A stretch of 64,000 nt of DNA from an uncultured Chloroflexia bacterium (GTDB lineage: Bacteria; Chloroflexota; Limnocylindria; Limnocylindrales; CSP1-4). Shown here piece after piece: positions 27,708 through 37,351 of this stretch. The stretch spans positions 2,427,821 through 2,491,820 of the forward strand of contig CAVONW010000003.1 in NCBI GenBank assembly GCA_963697415.1, given 5' to 3'. Both the position numbers and the translations under genes were made by a program. Position 1 is the stretch's first letter. Each line of letters starts with the position of its first letter. The notes beneath the pieces are model-generated. The model was not told the origin of the DNA and searched no databases. It saw nothing but the letters and a program-made list of their open reading frames with translations.

Positions 27708-30700
27708 TCATCGGGCCGCGCTCGACGGACAGATCTCGCGATACGGGCAGTATGTGCAGGCCATCGGGGCCGGTCGTGGCGTGTAGTCCCGGGCCCGGAT
27801 CCCGGCGGCGGCGGTCCCGATCTGCTCCCTGGCCTTCGCGAGACGGGCGGGCTCCACGCTGGCTCGCCCGATGAGCCCGGAGTCCAGGAACTGGAGCTGA
27901 ACCGCGTCGGGCAGGCGCCCGGTCATCGCTTCGTAGGCCATGGCGTAGATCTGGAGCTGGAGTGATTCGCGTGCCCGCTGGCGCGCCTTGACGGGGTCGC
28001 GGACATCGCTCGACTTGTAGTCCGTGATCGTCACCTGCTCAGGACCGAGGAGATCGAGCGTGGGCTCGACGACATCGGCGCGGGCGGCCGACGCCGCGGC
28101 GAGCGCAGTGGCCGCGTCGAACCCGGGTGCCCCGTCGGCCGCGACGATGTCCACGCGATCGAATCGCCCGCGGATCCGATCCCCGCCGAGCGAAAATGCG
28201 AAGTCGCGCTCCACCCACGCGGGCACGACCGCACCGGGCGCCAACTGCGACGCGCGGAACCGGCGGAGCGCATCGCGGCCGGCCGCGAGGCGAGCCTGCT
28301 CATGCTCCCGCGACACGAACCCCTCGTTGGTCCAGGCGCGCTCGAACACGGCATCGAGCTCCGATTCCGTGAGGATCCGCCCGCGAGCCTCCCCGCGGTG
28401 AAACTCCTGAACCGCCCGGTGGAGTGCCGCGCCGTACACGAGCGAATGATGCGGGGCCGTGGGCACCCGGAGCACCTGGCCGAACTGGAACTTGCGCGGA
28501 CAGGACAAGTAGGCGTCGATGGCCGAGTGGCTGAGCATGAGAGGGCCCTCGATCGGGCCTTCCTGGCGGGGCCGCACGGTCGCCTCCACCGGCGTGAGCG
28601 CGGCCAGCTTCTGGCGCGGATCCGTGCTGAGCGCTCCTGCTCCCGCCGCCGCGGCGGACGTCGGCAGGTCGAGCGCCTCAAGGACGAACGGCGAGACCCG
28701 CCGCGCGCGTGCCCCGCCGTAGTCCGCGGCGTGGGTCAGGATGAGCTCATCCCGGGCGCGGGTCATCGCCACGTAGAACAGGCGTCGTTCTTCGGGCAGG
28801 TGCGGATCGATGTCGGGGGTCGCCACCGCGACGAGATCATCGGGCATGGCCAGCGGCTCGCGGCGCGCCGCCGACGGGAAGCGCCCGGCGACGAGGCCGG
28901 GCAGGACGACGACCGGAAACTCGAGGCCCTTCGCCTTGTGGACCGTCATCACGGTGACCACATCCAAGTCCGGATCCGGGTCCGCGGTCGCCGGATCATC
29001 GCCCGCCTCGATGAGCGTGGCGAGATGGGGCGCAAGGAAGACCGCCCGATCGTCGGCGAGGAGCGCCGAGCGCGCTCGAACGATGTCGAAGAACCGGGCG
29101 AGGTTGGCCAGTGCCTCCTCGGCCTCAGCGGTTCCCGCTGCGGCGAGTGCCGCCAGCCATCCCGAGTCGCGCAGGAATGTGTAGAGCACGTCACCGGCCG
29201 GTCGGACATGCGCGAGGTCACGAAGGCGGCGGAAGTCTCCCACCAGGCGTGCGACGGACGGCCGACCGGCGGGCGAGATCTCGAGCGGCCCGTTCCTCGC
29301 GTCGAGCTCCTCCAGGACTTCCCAGGCGGACCGATGCGCGCGGCGCGCGGCACTCATGACGAGAGACAGGTCCCCGGACGGAACGCCATACACCGCTGAC
29401 GCGGCCAGCGCGTACACATCGGGGCTGGAGTCGAGATCCGCGACGGCGCGAAGCACCGACAGGAGCAGCCGGACCTCCGGGCGCCCATACAGGCCAGAAG
29501 TGCCCGCAAAGCGCCACGGCACGCCGGCGAGGTTGAGGCTGCGCAGGATGGGGTCCGCGCTCGCGTTCGCCCGGACCAGGACGGCCAGGTCCCGGGGATG
29601 AACACCGGCGTCGATCCGGCGCCGGAACTCCGCGGCGATCCAGTCCGATTCTTCCGATCCGGTCTCGAACGCGTGGTGCCGGACCGGCACGTCCGCGGTG
29701 GCCGGCCGCTGCGCCATGAGCTGCTTGGAGATCCCGACCCGGGTCTCCAGACGATCCGGGTCATTGAACCTGATGAGGCGATACGACGCGTCCAGGATGG
29801 GCGCCGTGGAGCGGTAGTTGCGCCGGAGCACGACCGTCCGGGCTCCCCGATGGTGATCCCGGAACTCGAGGATGTTGCTGATCGCCGCACCCCGGAAGCG
29901 ATAGATCGACTGGTCGTCGTCCCCGACCACGGTGATGTTCCGATGCCGTTCCGCGAGGAGGCCCACGAGGGCCGACTGGACCGGGTTCGTGTCCTGGAAC
30001 TCGTCCACGAGGATGTAGCGATAGCGGGCGCGAACGGTCGACAGCGTCGCCGCCGACTCACGCAGGAGGCGGAGCGCCAGCGCGACCTGGTCGCCGAAGT
30101 CGATCGCCCCACTCGCGGCAAGGAGCTCCGTGTAGCGACGATAGGCAGACGCGAGCTCATCCTGGCGCGCCGCGAGATCCGCGAGGGCAGCCGCTGTCGA
30201 TGGATCGTCTTCGGCCGACGGCGCGTCTCCGCGGCTCGCCGTCACGACCGCCGCGGACGTCGCGGACGCCGCGAGCCGATCCGCGTAGGCCCGGTAGTCG
30301 GCCGGGCTCACGTCCTCGTCCCGGCACCGCCCGAACAGTGTCGCGAGGGCCCCGAGGAAGCGCGTCGGGTCTCCGAGTGGCAGGTAGGCATCCAGGCCCA
30401 GCTCGAACAGGTGCTCCCGCAGGAACATGACGGTCTCCGCCCGCGACAGGACTCGTGCGTCCGGCGAGATCCCGAGCTCGAACGCGAACTCCCGGAGGAG
30501 CCGATCCCCGAATGCATGGAAGGTGGAGATCGCGGTGTCCGCGAAGCCGTACGGCACGAGCTGATCCACGCGGAGCTGCATCTCCGCCGCCGCCTTGTCT
30601 GTGAACGTCAGGCCGAGGATCTCGGCGGGGCGCGCCCGTCGCGTCGCGACGAGCCAGGCGATCCGCCGAGTGATGACCTCCGTCTTGCCGGTTCCGGCCC

Positions 30701-30932
30701 CGGCCACGACGAGCAGTGGCCCATCTCCATGGGTGACCGCGCGCCGCTGCTCGGGGTTGAGGCCGGACAGCAACGCGGTCAGACCCGCATCCTCAGCCGG
30801 CTCGTCGGCGAGTGGACCGAATCCCTCCCAGACCGGCAGCTGATCGAGGGCCGCCGGCTCGCGGCGCGGTCGGACGAGGCTCACTGGAGACACGTCGAGG
30901 GCCGGCTCGCCGGTCGGGATTTCACTGAGCAT
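27708..30932 (-). CDS. UvrD/Rep-family helicase fused to a C-terminal PD-(D/E)xK nuclease with four-Cys Fe-S (Cas4/AddB-type) domain; AdnA/AdnB-like but solitary
   Basis: N-terminal GAGTGKT and full SF1 motif set. C-terminal RGRFDRVD, ITDYKSS, QLQIY and cysteines C(PRKF)...CTYCPYREIC. Confidence 0.9.
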   Translation of the reverse strand: MLSEIPTGEPALDVSPVSLVRPRREPAALDQLPVWEGFGPLADEPAEDAGLTALLSGLNPEQRRAVTHGDGPLLVVAGAGTGKTEVITRRIAWLVATRRARPAEILGLTFTDKAAAEMQLRVDQLVPYGFADTAISTFHAFGDRLLREFAFELGISPDARVLSRAETVMFLREHLFELGLDAYLPLGDPTRFLGALATLFGRCRDEDVSPADYRAYADRLAASATSAAVVTASRGDAPSAEDDPSTAAALADLAARQDELASAYRRYTELLAASGAIDFGDQVALALRLLRESAATLSTVRARYRYILVDEFQDTNPVQSALVGLLAERHRNITVVGDDDQSIYRFRGAAISNILEFRDHHRGARTVVLRRNYRSTAPILDASYRLIRFNDPDRLETRVGISKQLMAQRPATADVPVRHHAFETGSEESDWIAAEFRRRIDAGVHPRDLAVLVRANASADPILRSLNLAGVPWRFAGTSGLYGRPEVRLLLSVLRAVADLDSSPDVYALAASAVYGVPSGDLSLVMSAARRAHRSAWEVLEELDARNGPLEISPAGRPSVARLVGDFRRLRDLAHVRPAGDVLYTFLRDSGWLAALAAAGTAEAEEALANLARFFDIVRARSALLADDRAVFLAPHLATLIEAGDDPATADPDPDLDVVTVMTVHKAKGLEFPVVVLPGLVAGRFPSAARREPLAMPDDLVAVATPDIDPHLPEERRLFYVAMTRARDELILTHAADYGGARARRVSPFVLEALDLPTSAAAAGAGALSTDPRQKLAALTPVEATVRPRQEGPIEGPLMLSHSAIDAYLSCPRKFQFGQVLRVPTAPHHSLVYGAALHRAVQEFHRGEARGRILTESELDAVFERAWTNEGFVSREHEQARLAAGRDALRRFRASQLAPGAVVPAWVERDFAFSLGGDRIRGRFDRVDIVAADGAPGFDAATALAAASAARADVVEPTLDLLGPEQVTITDYKSSDVRDPVKARQRARESLQLQIYAMAYEAMTGRLPDAVQLQFLDSGLIGRASVEPARLAKAREQIGTAAAGIRARDYTPRPAPMACTYCPYREICPSSAAR

Positions 30933-31001
30933 GCCCTCATCCTGGCGGCGATCCGTGTCAGCTTGCCTGGCACGGGTACCGATTCCTGGTCCGGAGCCGC
31001 G

Positions 31002-31621
31002 TCAGGCGCCCGGCGTCGCGACGGGCGGTGGCGCCAGCGCGATCCGGAGCGCCTCGGCTTCCTCGTCGCTGACGGCCGCATCGGACCGACCCGCCTTCAC
31101 GCCCTTGGCATAGACGCGCGTCTGGTTCCTCGTGTGCAGGCTGCTCACGACGAACCCGTCGCCATGGGCATCCAGCAGCGCGAGCGCGAAGCTCTGGTTT
31201 CCGCCCGTGTCCTCGAACGGGTTGTAGCGGACGAGACCGACCCGGGCGAAGGTCCGCTTCAGGTCTCGCTCGAGCAACGCCGTCCGCGTCTCGACCTCGT
31301 CGAGATCGCGCACCACCTGGTGGACCCGCGTGAGGTGCGCTTCCAGGATCGCCTCGAGGCTTCGCTCGTTGCTGCCCCTGGTAATCGCATCCAATCGGTT
31401 CGAGAGGCGCCCGGTGCGTCGCGCCAGGAGGACGAAGACGATCAGGAGCACGAGCACCGCGACTGCGAGGACGATGACGATCGCCTCGAAGTTGGCGTCG
31501 ATGTAGGCGTTGAGATCGATGGCCGACGTCCTCCACTGGGCTGGTCGCCCGAGTCTACCGCCCGGGGCTTCACGGGGACTTGCCGCCCGGGCCGGTGTAT
31601 CCTTCCGGCCCGGCCACACCA
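31002..31621 (-). CDS. DUF4446-family protein (N-terminal TM)
   Basis: ...RYNPFEDTGGNQSFALALLDAHGDGFVVSSLHTRNQTRVYAK... matches the DUF4446 core. Start uncertain (ATG 31621 or a non-ATG start nearer the TM with GGAGGA upstream). Confidence 0.6.
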
Positions 31622-31651
31622 TCCGCCGACGCAGGAGGAGCACGCCACCCG

Positions 31652-32042
31652 ATGGCGAAGCGCACGCGCTATCCCGGCCGCCCCGCAGGACGCCGACCCG
31701 CCGCCAAACCAGCCGCGAGCACCGACGACAGGCGCCTCGGTCACGCCCCGCGCCGGCGGACTTACGAGCGCCGAGCTGGAACGTGCCGCGCAACTCGAAG
31801 CGGAGCTTGTCGCACGCGAGAAGGAGGCGGTCGCGGACAACGCCCGGCGCCGAGCTCGAGCGCGGGGGCTGGACGGCTCAGTGACCGCCGATAGCAACAC
31901 GCCACTCTCGGTCCGGGCCGCCCACGAGTACGCCTACGTGGCCCGCGATGTTCGCCGGATCGCCCTCACGGCCACCCTGATGTTCGCCATCCTCGCGGGT
32001 CTCTGGCTGATCGTGAACTTCGGAGGTGGCGGCCTCTCCTAG
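31652..32042 (+). CDS. possible small tail-anchored coiled-coil protein; requires a frame change (ATG+RBS in frame 2, coiled-coil plus C-terminal TM in frame 0)
   Basis: AGGAGG is 13 nt upstream of ATG 31652 (MAKRTRYPGRPAG...). Frame 0 reads ...LTSAELERAAQLEAELVAREKEAV...IALTATLMFAILAGLWLIVNF and stops at 32042. Confidence 0.3.
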
Positions 32043-32076
32043 CCGCCCGGGCCGCCGCGTAGACTGGGCGGCGGCT

Positions 32077-32561
32077 TCAATCGGACCGCGGCTCCAGGAT
32101 GACGACCGCGGTTTCTCGCGATCGCCTGGCGGCGAAGGCGTCGAGACCCTTGTCGTACTCGGCCCCCACTTTGCCCACAGGCGCGGACGCTCGTCCTCGT
32201 TGGCGGCGTGTGCGTGCACGGCGCGCGGTCCATCTGGCAAGTCCACCGTGGTATCGGGATGGGCCTGGAGGTTGAGCCACCAGGCGGGCTCAGGATCTGC
32301 CCAGCCATTCATGGCCATGGTCACCAGGTTGGGACCGTCCTCGAAGTAGCCGAGGATCGCCGTCCGCTCCTGGCCCGTGCGACGCCCGATCGTCTTGAGT
32401 CGCATCATGCCCCAGCGGTCGGCCGTCGCGCGCTGGAGGCCGACTCGGCCGCCGGTCAATCTGAAGATGGCACGCTGCACCGTCCAGAACAAGCGGATGA
32501 ACCAGCGGGGCGGGAGTCGCACGGCTCGCGTGGGCTGCGGACGATCGATCGCCTCGTTCAT
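32077..32561 (-). pseudogene. deazaflavin(F420)-dependent nitroreductase-family protein (PF04075/DDN-like) with a -1 frameshift in a C5/G5 homopolymer
   Basis: N-terminal part (ORF 31878..32561) has ...AWWLNLQAHPDTTV...EDERPRLWAKW. The family C-terminus (...EYDKGLDAFAARRSRETAVVILEP*) is in ORF 32077..32280. The junction is at + strand CCCCC 32163-32167. Confidence 0.7.
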
Positions 32562-32764
32562 GGGGTCTCTCCTATGGTCGCGCCGAGCGGTACGACTCCT
32601 GGGTCACGACCTCAGCGTGCGGTAACGGCGGACGTCTTTGCAGTGCCGGTCGCCCCGCGCTTGTGGGGTCTGATGGCCGCAACGGGATGGTCGGGGAGAC
32701 CCGACATTCATCTCGGGCGCGCAGCCGTTACCTGTCCGCACTGCGACCAATGCATACTGGCCGC

Positions 32765-33697
32765 ATGGCCATACCGGACTACCAGAGCGTGATGCTCCCG
32801 ACTCTGAGGCTCCTCGCTGACGACCACGTGCGCCGCGTTGTGCCCGATATCACGGATCCCCTCGCGGATGAGTTCCACCTGACACCTGAGGAGCTCGAGC
32901 AGATGCTGCCTTCGGGTCTTCAGCAGACGTTCGTGAACAGGACGCACTGGGCGATCACCTACATGGGCAAGGCTGGGCTGATCGCACGACCAGCGCGAGG
33001 CCGGGTGGTGATCACGGAACTCGGTCATAAGGCGCTTGCCAAGCAGCCCAAGAGGATCGACGTCAACTTCTTGATGAGCTATCCAAGCTTTGCTGCTTTC
33101 CGCGCGAAGGCGAAGCCGAAGACAGATGGCGGAGTTGGCGGCGCGGCGACCATCGATCTCGAGCAGCAGAATCCTGAGGAGCTGCTCTATCGAACGTATG
33201 ACGCGCTCCGTCAAACCATCGAGGCCGACATCGTCGAGCGGCTCCAATCCCCTGGTTATCCGTGGGAGTCATTCGAGCGACTTGTCGTCGAACTTCTCGG
33301 CGCGATGGGCTATGGCAGTTCCACGGATGACACGCGGCTACGAGTAACGAAGCTGACCGGCGATGAGGGCATCGACGGCGTGATCGACGAGGACAAGCTC
33401 GGGCTGGACGCGGTCTATATTCAGGCAAAGAAGTATCAGGCGAAGACGGGGGTCGGACGGCCAATACTGCAGGCATTCGCGGGAAGCCTCGAAGGACAAC
33501 GTGCGAGCAAGGGCGTCTTCGTTACAACCTCGTACTTCACTGGCGAGGCCGAGGAGTACGTCCGCCGGATCAGCCGACGGATCGTCTTGATCGACGGCAA
33601 GGCTTTGGCGAAACTGATGTACGACTACGGGATTGGCGTACGGTCCGGCCGAAGCCTCGTCGTGAAGCGTGTCGACGACGCCTACTTCGAGGGCTGA
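32765..33697 (+). CDS. mrr: Mrr-type (type IV, modification-dependent) restriction endonuclease: Mrr_N winged helix plus Mrr_cat
   Basis: N-terminal MAIPDYQSVMLPTLRLLADD (Mrr_N) and a C-terminal PD-(D/E)xK core ...DGVID...VYIQAKKY.... Local G+C looks lower (about 55-65%). Confidence 0.85.
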   Translation: MAIPDYQSVMLPTLRLLADDHVRRVVPDITDPLADEFHLTPEELEQMLPSGLQQTFVNRTHWAITYMGKAGLIARPARGRVVITELGHKALAKQPKRIDVNFLMSYPSFAAFRAKAKPKTDGGVGGAATIDLEQQNPEELLYRTYDALRQTIEADIVERLQSPGYPWESFERLVVELLGAMGYGSSTDDTRLRVTKLTGDEGIDGVIDEDKLGLDAVYIQAKKYQAKTGVGRPILQAFAGSLEGQRASKGVFVTTSYFTGEAEEYVRRISRRIVLIDGKALAKLMYDYGIGVRSGRSLVVKRVDDAYFEG

Positions 33698-33961
33698 AGT
33701 CAAGAGCCACATCAAGAAGGCGGCGCCACCTGAGGGATCGCCTGGGCTTGGGGTCCGCGCGACACGGGCGAGGAGCCTCGAGCCGCCGGGCGATGCATTG
33801 ACCTGTCCCAATCCCCCGATGGGCTAGTGCCTCGATCGCCCAACTCGCTGGTTGAGCCGATCACTCAGAACTCGCCAGCCAGGGACCAGGCGCGCCTCTG
33901 CTTAGGCCGCCGCGGGGCCGAATATGAAGTTCCGCTGACGACACCCCGTAGACTCTGCGCC

Positions 33962-35469
33962 ATGCCCCCCCGCCGGCCAACGCAACGCCTGACCGGAACC
34001 CGTCCGGAGGCCCTGTTCACTCCCCCGCCCGATCGGCAACCGCTGGCCGCCCGGATGCGACCGCGGACGTTCGACGAATTCGTCGGTCAGGAACACCTGG
34101 TCGGCGAAGACGGTCCGCTGCGCAAGTCCGTTGCCCGTGGTCATCTCGGCTCGCTCCTGCTGTGGGGACCGCCCGGCACCGGCAAGACGACCCTCGCCCG
34201 GATCCTGGCCGACGCGGTCGGTGCTCACTTCTCCACCCTGTCGGCCGTCATGTCCGGCGTGGCCGAGGTCCGCGCGGCGCTCGCCGAGGCGCAGGAACGG
34301 CTCACGCTGAACGGCCACGCGGACGGTCCTGTTCATTGACGAGATCCACCGCTTCAACAAGGGCCAGCAGGATGCCCTGTTGCCGCACGTCGAGGACGGC
34401 ACGGTCACGCTCATCGGCGCGACGACGGAGAACCCGTACTTCGAGGTCAACTCCGGCGTTGCTCTCGCGACTCCGGGTCTGGCGCCTGGAGCCGCTCGTC
34501 GACGCGGATGTCGAAGTCGTCGTTCGGCGCGCGCTGGCCGACGCGGAGCGCGGACTGGCGGGCAGTCTCGGGCCGGAGGGCAGCGTCGCGCTTCCCGAGG
34601 ACGCGTTCGCCCATCTCGTGTCGCTCGCCGGGGGCGACGCGCGCGCGGCCCTCAACGTCCTCGAGGGAGCGGTCGCACTGGCCGAGGGCGAAGTTCTCCG
34701 CGACGCGGACGGCCGGGTCAGCCCGCGACTGGCGGAGGTCGAGGCCGCAGCCCAGCAGCGCGTCCTCGGCTACGACCGGGCCGGTGACGGCCACTACGAC
34801 ACTGCCTCCGCGTTCATCAAGAGCCTTCGCGGCAACGATCCGGACGCCGCGCTGTACTGGCTGGCCGCGATGATCGCGGCTGGCGAGGACCCCAAGTTCA
34901 TCGCTCGCCGCCTCATCATCAGCGCCAGCGAGGACGTCGGGAACGCCGATCCACGGGCGCTCCAGGTCGCCATCGCGGCCGGTCAGGCCCTGGACTGGAT
35001 CGGACTGCCCGAGGCGCAGTACGCCCTCGCCCAGGCCGCGATCCACATTGCGTCGTCACCAAAGTCGGACTCGGTCGGACGTGCCTACGGTGCCGCCATG
35101 GCCGATGTGCTCAAGCACGGTTCGCTCCCGGTCCCCAACCACCTTCGAAGCGCGGGCGACCGGCGAATGCAGCACCACGGGATCGGCGTCGGCTACCGCA
35201 ACCCGCACGAGTTCGAGGGCGACGACGTGCTCCAGGATTACCTGCCGGATGCGCTGGCCGGGCGTCGCTACTACGTGCCGAGCGACCAGGGGTACGAGGT
35301 CACGATCGCCGCCCGCATGGAGGCCCGGGCGCAGGCTCGTGCGGATCGCCCGCGGCGGAAGCTGAGTCGGCCCGACGCTCCACGGGCGTCGATGGGAGAC
35401 GGGCTGAAGGCCGACGTCGAGAGTCGCAAGCGCCTCGCGGAGACCCAGAAGCGGGACGCCGACGGGTGA
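33962..35469 (+). pseudogene. rarA: recombination factor RarA/MgsA (AAA+), interrupted by two +1 frameshifts
   Basis: Walker [10 protein letters not shown] in frame 2 (33962-34339), ...[44 protein letters not shown] in frame 0, ...[14 protein letters not shown]... through the C-terminus in frame 1. The breaks are near 34308-34326 and 34452-34462. Confidence 0.75.
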
Positions 35470-35501
35470 TTGGCTGCAACCGGCCCCGCCGATGATCGAG
35501 T

Positions 35502-36815
35502 CTAGGGCTCGGGCATCTCGGGTCCAACAAGTCCTCTCGCCTCTCCGGCGGCCCGGGCGCGCTCGAGGAGCAGGTTCCGCTCCGGGATGTTGCGGGTCAT
35601 CGATGCCGCCCGCGCCAGCGCTGCCGCCGCCTCTTCGTATCGATGCAGCTTCACGAGGAAGTCGCCGCGCACGGCAGGCAGCAGGTGATAGGTCCTGAGC
35701 GAAGGCTCGCCCTCCAGCGCGTCGGCCAGCTCGAGCCCGGCGGCCGGACCGAAGGCCATCGCGACGGCCACGGCCCGGTTGAGCTCCACGATCGGTGACG
35801 GTGTCAGCTGGGCCAGGGCGTCGTACAGCGCCACGATCCGCGGCCATTCGGTCTCCTCGGCCGTTCGCGCTCGGGCATGACAGGCGGCGATTTCGGCCTC
35901 AAGAACGTACGGGCCTCGGGTGCCCGCGAAGGACTCGGCCAGATCCAGCGCCGCCAGTCCCCGGTGGATGAGCAGCTGATCCCAGCTCGCCCGCCGCTGT
36001 TCGAGGAGCGGGATCGGCTTGCCCGTGCCGTCCGTGCGTGCACGCATCCGCGAGCTCTGGATCTCCATCAGAGCGACCAGGCCGAGGACCTCGGGTTGAT
36101 CGGGGACGAGCCCGGCCAGGACGCGGCCGAGCCGCAGGGCATCCTCACAGAGCGCGGGCCGTACCCAGTCATCGCCGGCCGTGGCCGAATACCCCTCGTT
36201 GAACACGAGGTAGACCACCTGGAGGACGGATCCAAGGCGCGCGTCGAAGTCCGCGCCCCGCGGGACCTCGAACGGAACATGCGCCTCCGAAAGCGTCCGC
36301 TTCGCCCTGACCAAACGTTGGCCAATCGTGGTGTCGGGAACGAGGAACGCGCGGGCGATCTCGTCGGTCCGCAGCCCGCCGACGAGGCGCAGGGTCAGGG
36401 CGACGCGCGCGTCGACTGATAGCACTGGATGGCAGCAGATGAACACCAGCCGAAGCATGTCGTCATCGATGGCGGCGTCATCGATTGCAGCGTCCAGGTC
36501 CGACGGGGTCGCCTCTCCGAGCTCCAGCGCGTGACCGAGCTCGGCGGCCTTCCGCTGGAGGGTCGCCCGGCGCCGGACTGCGTCGATCGCGCGGTGCTTC
36601 GCCGTGCCCATGAGCCAGGCCGCCGGGTTGTCCGGGATGCCCGTCTCAGGCCACTGGCGGAGTGCCGCTTCGAGGGCATCCTGGGCGAGATCCTCGGCCA
36701 GTCCGACGTCCCGAACGATGCGCGCGAGGGCGGCGACGAGCCGGGGCGACTCCATACGCCAGACCGCGTCCAGGACGCGGTGGACTTCGTCGCTCGGGGG
36801 CGGGTGGTGGGACAA
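35502..36815 (-). CDS. ECF sigma factor with long C-terminal extension (ECF42-like)
   Basis: Sigma2/sigma4 regions (...DLAQDALEAAL...; ...LRTDEIARAFLVPDTTIGQRLVRAKRTL) plus a helical extension of about 230 aa. Confidence 0.85.
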   Translation of the reverse strand: MSHHPPPSDEVHRVLDAVWRMESPRLVAALARIVRDVGLAEDLAQDALEAALRQWPETGIPDNPAAWLMGTAKHRAIDAVRRRATLQRKAAELGHALELGEATPSDLDAAIDDAAIDDDMLRLVFICCHPVLSVDARVALTLRLVGGLRTDEIARAFLVPDTTIGQRLVRAKRTLSEAHVPFEVPRGADFDARLGSVLQVVYLVFNEGYSATAGDDWVRPALCEDALRLGRVLAGLVPDQPEVLGLVALMEIQSSRMRARTDGTGKPIPLLEQRRASWDQLLIHRGLAALDLAESFAGTRGPYVLEAEIAACHARARTAEETEWPRIVALYDALAQLTPSPIVELNRAVAVAMAFGPAAGLELADALEGEPSLRTYHLLPAVRGDFLVKLHRYEEAAAALARAASMTRNIPERNLLLERARAAGEARGLVGPEMPEP

Positions 36816-36826
36816 CGGCCAGAACC

Positions 36827-37186
36827 CTACGGCGCCGGCATGTCCATGACCTGGCGGATCTCGAAGTCACCGCCCTCGAACGGGGCTCGCTTGAGCCACT
36901 CGATGGCCTCGTCGAGCGAGCGGACCTGCCAGATCCAGTAGCCGCCGACGAGCTCCTTCGCCTCGGTGAACGGGCCGTCGATCACGGTCCGGGCTGCTCC
37001 GTCGAAGTGGACCCGGGCGGCGTTCGAGGTTGGCAGCAAACGGCCCTCAGCGAGGAGGACCCCGGCGTCGACCAGCTCCTTGGTGAAACGAACGTAGGCC
37101 GCGAAGCTTTCGGGGTCCGGTTGGCGCGCCTGCGACTCGGACGACGACTCCGATTCTGACCCCGTCTTCGCCAGGATGATGACTTG
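36827..37186 (-). CDS. YCII-related/DGPF-domain protein, partner of the ECF42 sigma factor
   Basis: ...TVIDGPFTEAKELVGGYWIW...; GTG start 37186 with GGGGAG 8 nt upstream (alternative ATG 37234). The stop lies 12 nt before the sigma start. Confidence 0.7.
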   Translation of the reverse strand, partial: QVIILAKTGSESESSSESQARQPDPESFAAYVRFTKELVDAGVLLAEGRLLPTSNAARVHFDGAARTVIDGPFTEAKELVGGYWIWQVRSLDEAIEWLKRAPFEGGDFEIRQVMDMPAP

Positions 37187-37351
37187 CACGATGTTGACTC
37201 CCCTCGTATCTCGGATTGCGGGCCACTTGGCCATGCGCCCGTCCTGCCAACTCGTCGAACGAACGGCCGCGGATTCGACATCGACTCGAAATGCTGAGGT
37301 CTCCCGACATAGGATGGCGCATGTGCGCCCCCGAGCCCCGTCCGTCCCGAT

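Noticed and set aside
29598-32042. 814-aa plus-strand ORF antisense to the UvrD-nuclease gene, and similar long ORFs (8813..10639, 11544..12989, 13666..14622, 20017..21330, 22116..23585, 25089..26453, 40653..42800, 58588..59916)
   Set aside because: Arg/Pro/Gly-rich low-complexity translations opposite or out of frame with well-supported genes. These are the open frames expected at 70% G+C. Only the last 50-130 codons of 29598..32042 (coiled-coil/TM) were kept as a candidate.
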